64,000 nucleotides of DNA, taken from NCBI GenBank assembly GCA_902797505.1, contig CADBSW010000157.1:10253-74252 (forward strand), read 5' to 3'. This stretch comes from an uncultured Prevotellaceae bacterium. GTDB lineage: Bacteria; Bacteroidota; Bacteroidia; Bacteroidales; Bacteroidaceae. Shown here piece after piece: positions 61,146 to 64,000 of the stretch. Each line of letters begins with the position of its first letter. The first letter of the stretch is position 1. Made by a program: the position numbers and the translations under genes. The notes under the pieces are model-generated. The model worked only from the letters and a program-made list of their open reading frames with translations, did no database searches and was not told the DNA's origin.

Positions 61146-63692
61146 TTATTTCACCTGAAAGATCAGTTTGTCATGATCAGGATCTTTATCTACCTGGATA
61201 GTCATACCCGGCTTTAATGTCTCGTCAATGAGCATCTCACATACGCCATCCTCGATATGTGTCTGAATGGCACGTTTCAATGGACGGGCGCCAAACTGTA
61301 CATCATAACCCTTTGTGGCGACGAATGTCTTTGCCTCGTCAGTCACGGTCATGTGATAACCAAGACCCTCTATTCGCTTGTTGAGATCACGTAACTCGAT
61401 ATCTACAATCTTCTTGATGGCTTCAAGATCCAACTGGTCGAAGGTAATGATATCATCCATACGGTTCAGGAACTCCGGAGAGAAATGCTTACTCAGACTC
61501 TTCTGGATGATATTACGGGCATATTCCTTATCCTTATCATCTGCAGAGATGCCTATCTTGGCAGCTCCGAAACCAATGCCATGACCAAACTCTTTCAGTT
61601 GACGGGTACCAACATTAGAGGTCATGATGATCACCGTATTACGGAAGTCCACCAAACGACCATTACCATCTGTCAGTCGACCTTCATCCAACACCTGCAA
61701 GAGCATGTTGAACACATTACCATGGGCCTTCTCGATCTCATCCAGCAAAACGATAGAGTAGGGACGACGACGAACACGCTCTGTCAACTGTCCTCCTTCC
61801 TCATAACCGACATATCCCGGAGGAGCACCCACCAGGCGAGAGGTATTGAAACTCTCAGAATACTCACTCATATCGATACGGATGAGCGCATCAGCTGTGC
61901 CAAACATGATCTCAGCCAATTTCTTGGCTAAGTAGGTCTTACCCACACCAGTAGGTCCTAAGAACATGAATGCTCCGATAGGGTGGTTCGGATCACGCAG
62001 TCCGGCACGGTTACGTAAGATGGCCTTTACCACCTTCTCTATAGCGGCATCCTGTGCAATCACCTCTTTCTTCAAGTCAGTAGAGAGATTCTTCAGACGA
62101 AGACCTTCAGACTCTGCCATTCGCTGTACAGGAACGCCTGACATCATAGACACGACATCTGCCACCTCTTTCTCTGTCACGTTGGCACGGGTGTCCATAT
62201 CATCACGCTGCCACTTCTCACGTAACTCAACGAGTTCCTTCTCCAACTGTAACTGTCGGTCACGATAACCTGCTGCCAACTCAAAGTTCTGGTTGTTGAC
62301 GGCAGCCTTCTTCTTATCCTTGACAAAGGCGATATCTTTTTCTTTTGCAATGATCTCTGGTGGTACATTGGCAGAATGCAGATGTACCTTAGCACCTACC
62401 TCGTCTAGCGCATCTATAGCCTTGTCAGGGAAGAAACGGTCGTTGATATACCTGTCTGTCAATCTGACACACGCCGCGATAGCCTCTTCACTGTAGTTCA
62501 CGTGATGATGCTGTTCGTAACGCTCCTTGATATTATGCAGGATATTGAGTGTCTCCTCAGCATTGGTGGGCTCAACGATAATCTTCTGGAATCGTCTCTC
62601 CAGGGCACCGTCTTTCTCGATGGAGTTACGATACTCATCCAGTGTCGTTGCACCAATACATTGTATAGTGCCACGTGCCAAGGCAGGTTTCATGATATTG
62701 GCAGCATCCATGGATCCTGGTGTACTGCCGGCACCTATAAGCGTGTGTATCTCATCAATAAACACAATAATGTCCGGATTCTGCTCCAACTCCTTAAGCA
62801 GTGCCCTGATGCGTTCCTCAAACTGACCGCGATACTTTGTGCCAGCCACGATAGCTGTCATATCGAGGTTCACCAGACGCTTATTATATAAAATAGGTGA
62901 TATCTTGTTCTTGGCAATCAACTGTGCCAGTCCTTCCACGATAGCACTCTTACCCACACCTGGTTCACCGATGAGGATAGGATTATTCTTCTTCCTTCTG
63001 CAAAGGATCTCTGACACACGGAGAATCTCCTTCTCACGTCCTACGATAGGATCCAGTTTTCCTTCACGAGCTGCCTGCGTTAGGTCAACACTGAAATTAT
63101 CCAGCATCGGTGTCTTACCGCCCGTCTTTTGTGTCGGTGTGGAAACAGACGCATTTGATCGAGCCTTACCGGTATTATTGCCAGCAGGCTGTTCTTCGTC
63201 CTCATCAAAATCCTCTGGCAGACCGATGCCATTGGTGGGTTGGATGGATTCCTTCTTCTGTGAGAAGAAGGTCAGGGCATCCTCATAGTTCATGTTATTT
63301 TGTTCTAAAATCATTCTTGCACCATTTTCTACTTGATCATGTAATATAGCTAACAGCAGATGCTGCACATCCACTAAAGTCTTTGTCTGCAAACGGGCCT
63401 CAAGCACTGCGAGCTTCAGGATGTTACTCGCTTTCTCATTGAGCACCAACTCATGGGTGTATATCATCTGTTGCTGCCTGTTATCTTCACGAACCTTCTC
63501 TTCCAGTTCGCTCTTGATTGCTGCAATGTCAGCATCAAACTTAATGAAAAAATCCCGAACCGGACCGCTCTTCTCTCGCAAAAGACTCAGCAAGAGATGC
63601 TCAGGACCCACCGAACTGCTCGATAGTCTTGAGGCTTCTTCTCTACTGAAGGCGAGAATCTGCGATACCTTTGGGGAAAATTGACTAGCCAT
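61146..63692 (-). CDS. clpC: ATP-dependent Clp protease ATP-binding subunit ClpC
   Basis: Clp-N repeats (EHLLL, QHLLLAIL), GEPGVGKS, UVR-like middle domain (FELAAGYRD), GPTGVGKT, GAPPGYVGYEEGG and a GIGF loop. Confidence 0.93.
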   Translation of the reverse strand: MASQFSPKVSQILAFSREEASRLSSSSVGPEHLLLSLLREKSGPVRDFFIKFDADIAAIKSELEEKVREDNRQQQMIYTHELVLNEKASNILKLAVLEARLQTKTLVDVQHLLLAILHDQVENGARMILEQNNMNYEDALTFFSQKKESIQPTNGIGLPEDFDEDEEQPAGNNTGKARSNASVSTPTQKTGGKTPMLDNFSVDLTQAAREGKLDPIVGREKEILRVSEILCRRKKNNPILIGEPGVGKSAIVEGLAQLIAKNKISPILYNKRLVNLDMTAIVAGTKYRGQFEERIRALLKELEQNPDIIVFIDEIHTLIGAGSTPGSMDAANIMKPALARGTIQCIGATTLDEYRNSIEKDGALERRFQKIIVEPTNAEETLNILHNIKERYEQHHHVNYSEEAIAACVRLTDRYINDRFFPDKAIDALDEVGAKVHLHSANVPPEIIAKEKDIAFVKDKKKAAVNNQNFELAAGYRDRQLQLEKELVELREKWQRDDMDTRANVTEKEVADVVSMMSGVPVQRMAESEGLRLKNLSTDLKKEVIAQDAAIEKVVKAILRNRAGLRDPNHPIGAFMFLGPTGVGKTYLAKKLAEIMFGTADALIRIDMSEYSESFNTSRLVGAPPGYVGYEEGGQLTERVRRRPYSIVLLDEIEKAHGNVFNMLLQVLDEGRLTDGNGRLVDFRNTVIIMTSNVGTRQLKEFGHGIGFGAAKIGISADDKDKEYARNIIQKSLSKHFSPEFLNRMDDIITFDQLDLEAIKKIVDIELRDLNKRIEGLGYHMTVTDEAKTFVATKGYDVQFGARPLKRAIQTHIEDGVCEMLIDETLKPGMTIQVDKDPDHDKLIFQVK

Positions 63693-63787
63693 TTTTTACC
63701 TTTCTTATTGCAAATATATAACAATTTCTTCAAATACAAAAACTATGCCAGAAAAAGAATGACCCTATTAGCAATTATTATACAACT

Positions 63788-63816
63788 AAAAAAGGGATAC
63801 CGATTGGCATCCCTTT
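63788..63816 (-). terminator. Terminator after rpsA
   Basis: On the minus strand: AAAGGGATGCC-AATC-GGTATCCCTTT followed by TTT. Confidence 0.85.
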
Positions 63817-63838
63817 CTAGATATTGATTGGAAAAGTA

Positions 63839-64000
63839 TTATTCTCCCTTCTCCAACTTAGCCTTCAGCTCTGCCAATGCGTCGATATCACCAAGGGTGG
63901 TTCCTGCAGCTACATTGTTGATTGCTGGAGTCTCCTCCTTCTTAGCAACACGCTGCTTGCGAACAGCCTTCTTAGCCTCTTCCTTCACATCCTCGAATGT
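63839..64000 (-). CDS. rpsA: 30S ribosomal protein S1, C-terminal end; runs off the window end
   Basis: Not in the ORF track. Manual translation gives TFEDVKEEAKKAVRKQRVAKKEETPAINNVAAGTTLGDIDALAELKAKLEKGE*, with the TTLGD..AL..LK tail typical of Bacteroidota S1. Confidence 0.8.
   Translation of the reverse strand, partial: TFEDVKEEAKKAVRKQRVAKKEETPAINNVAAGTTLGDIDALAELKAKLEKGE

Overview
Mostly core chromosome of a Bacteroidales bacterium, most likely a Prevotella-type anaerobe. This rests on the TAnnTTTG/TTTG promoters, the short Bacteroidota-type RpoD, the atpD-atpC-first ATP synthase order and a serine palmitoyltransferase. Housekeeping content: lipid kinase (partial)/SPT, gdhA, rpoD, NUDIX-ispE, dnaB, aspS, leuA-C-D-cimA-leuB with a leader-peptide attenuator, dcp, rseC-rnfBCDGEA, galE, rpsP, a glycosyltransferase/flippase cluster, nhaD-atp, clpC and the 3' end of rpsA. 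I saw no tRNA, rRNA, CRISPR array, transposase or integrase. The most interesting items are: (1) a sigma-less partner-switching cassette between rnfA and galE (STAS-kinase fusion, dCache-PP2C-HATPase sensor, free STAS); (2) two copies of an unannotated intergenic hairpin element with invariant loop motifs GATTAAGC/GAGCGTGA and compensatory stem changes, each between duplicated promoter -7 boxes; (3) an Oar-type TonB receptor paired with a BACON/triple-OB-fold surface lipoprotein, a possible nucleic-acid capture module; (4) a pair of small winged-helix proteins, one with a histone-H1-like tail and one with clamp-motif-like C-terminal peptides. All family assignments come from motif recognition by eye, not database searches.
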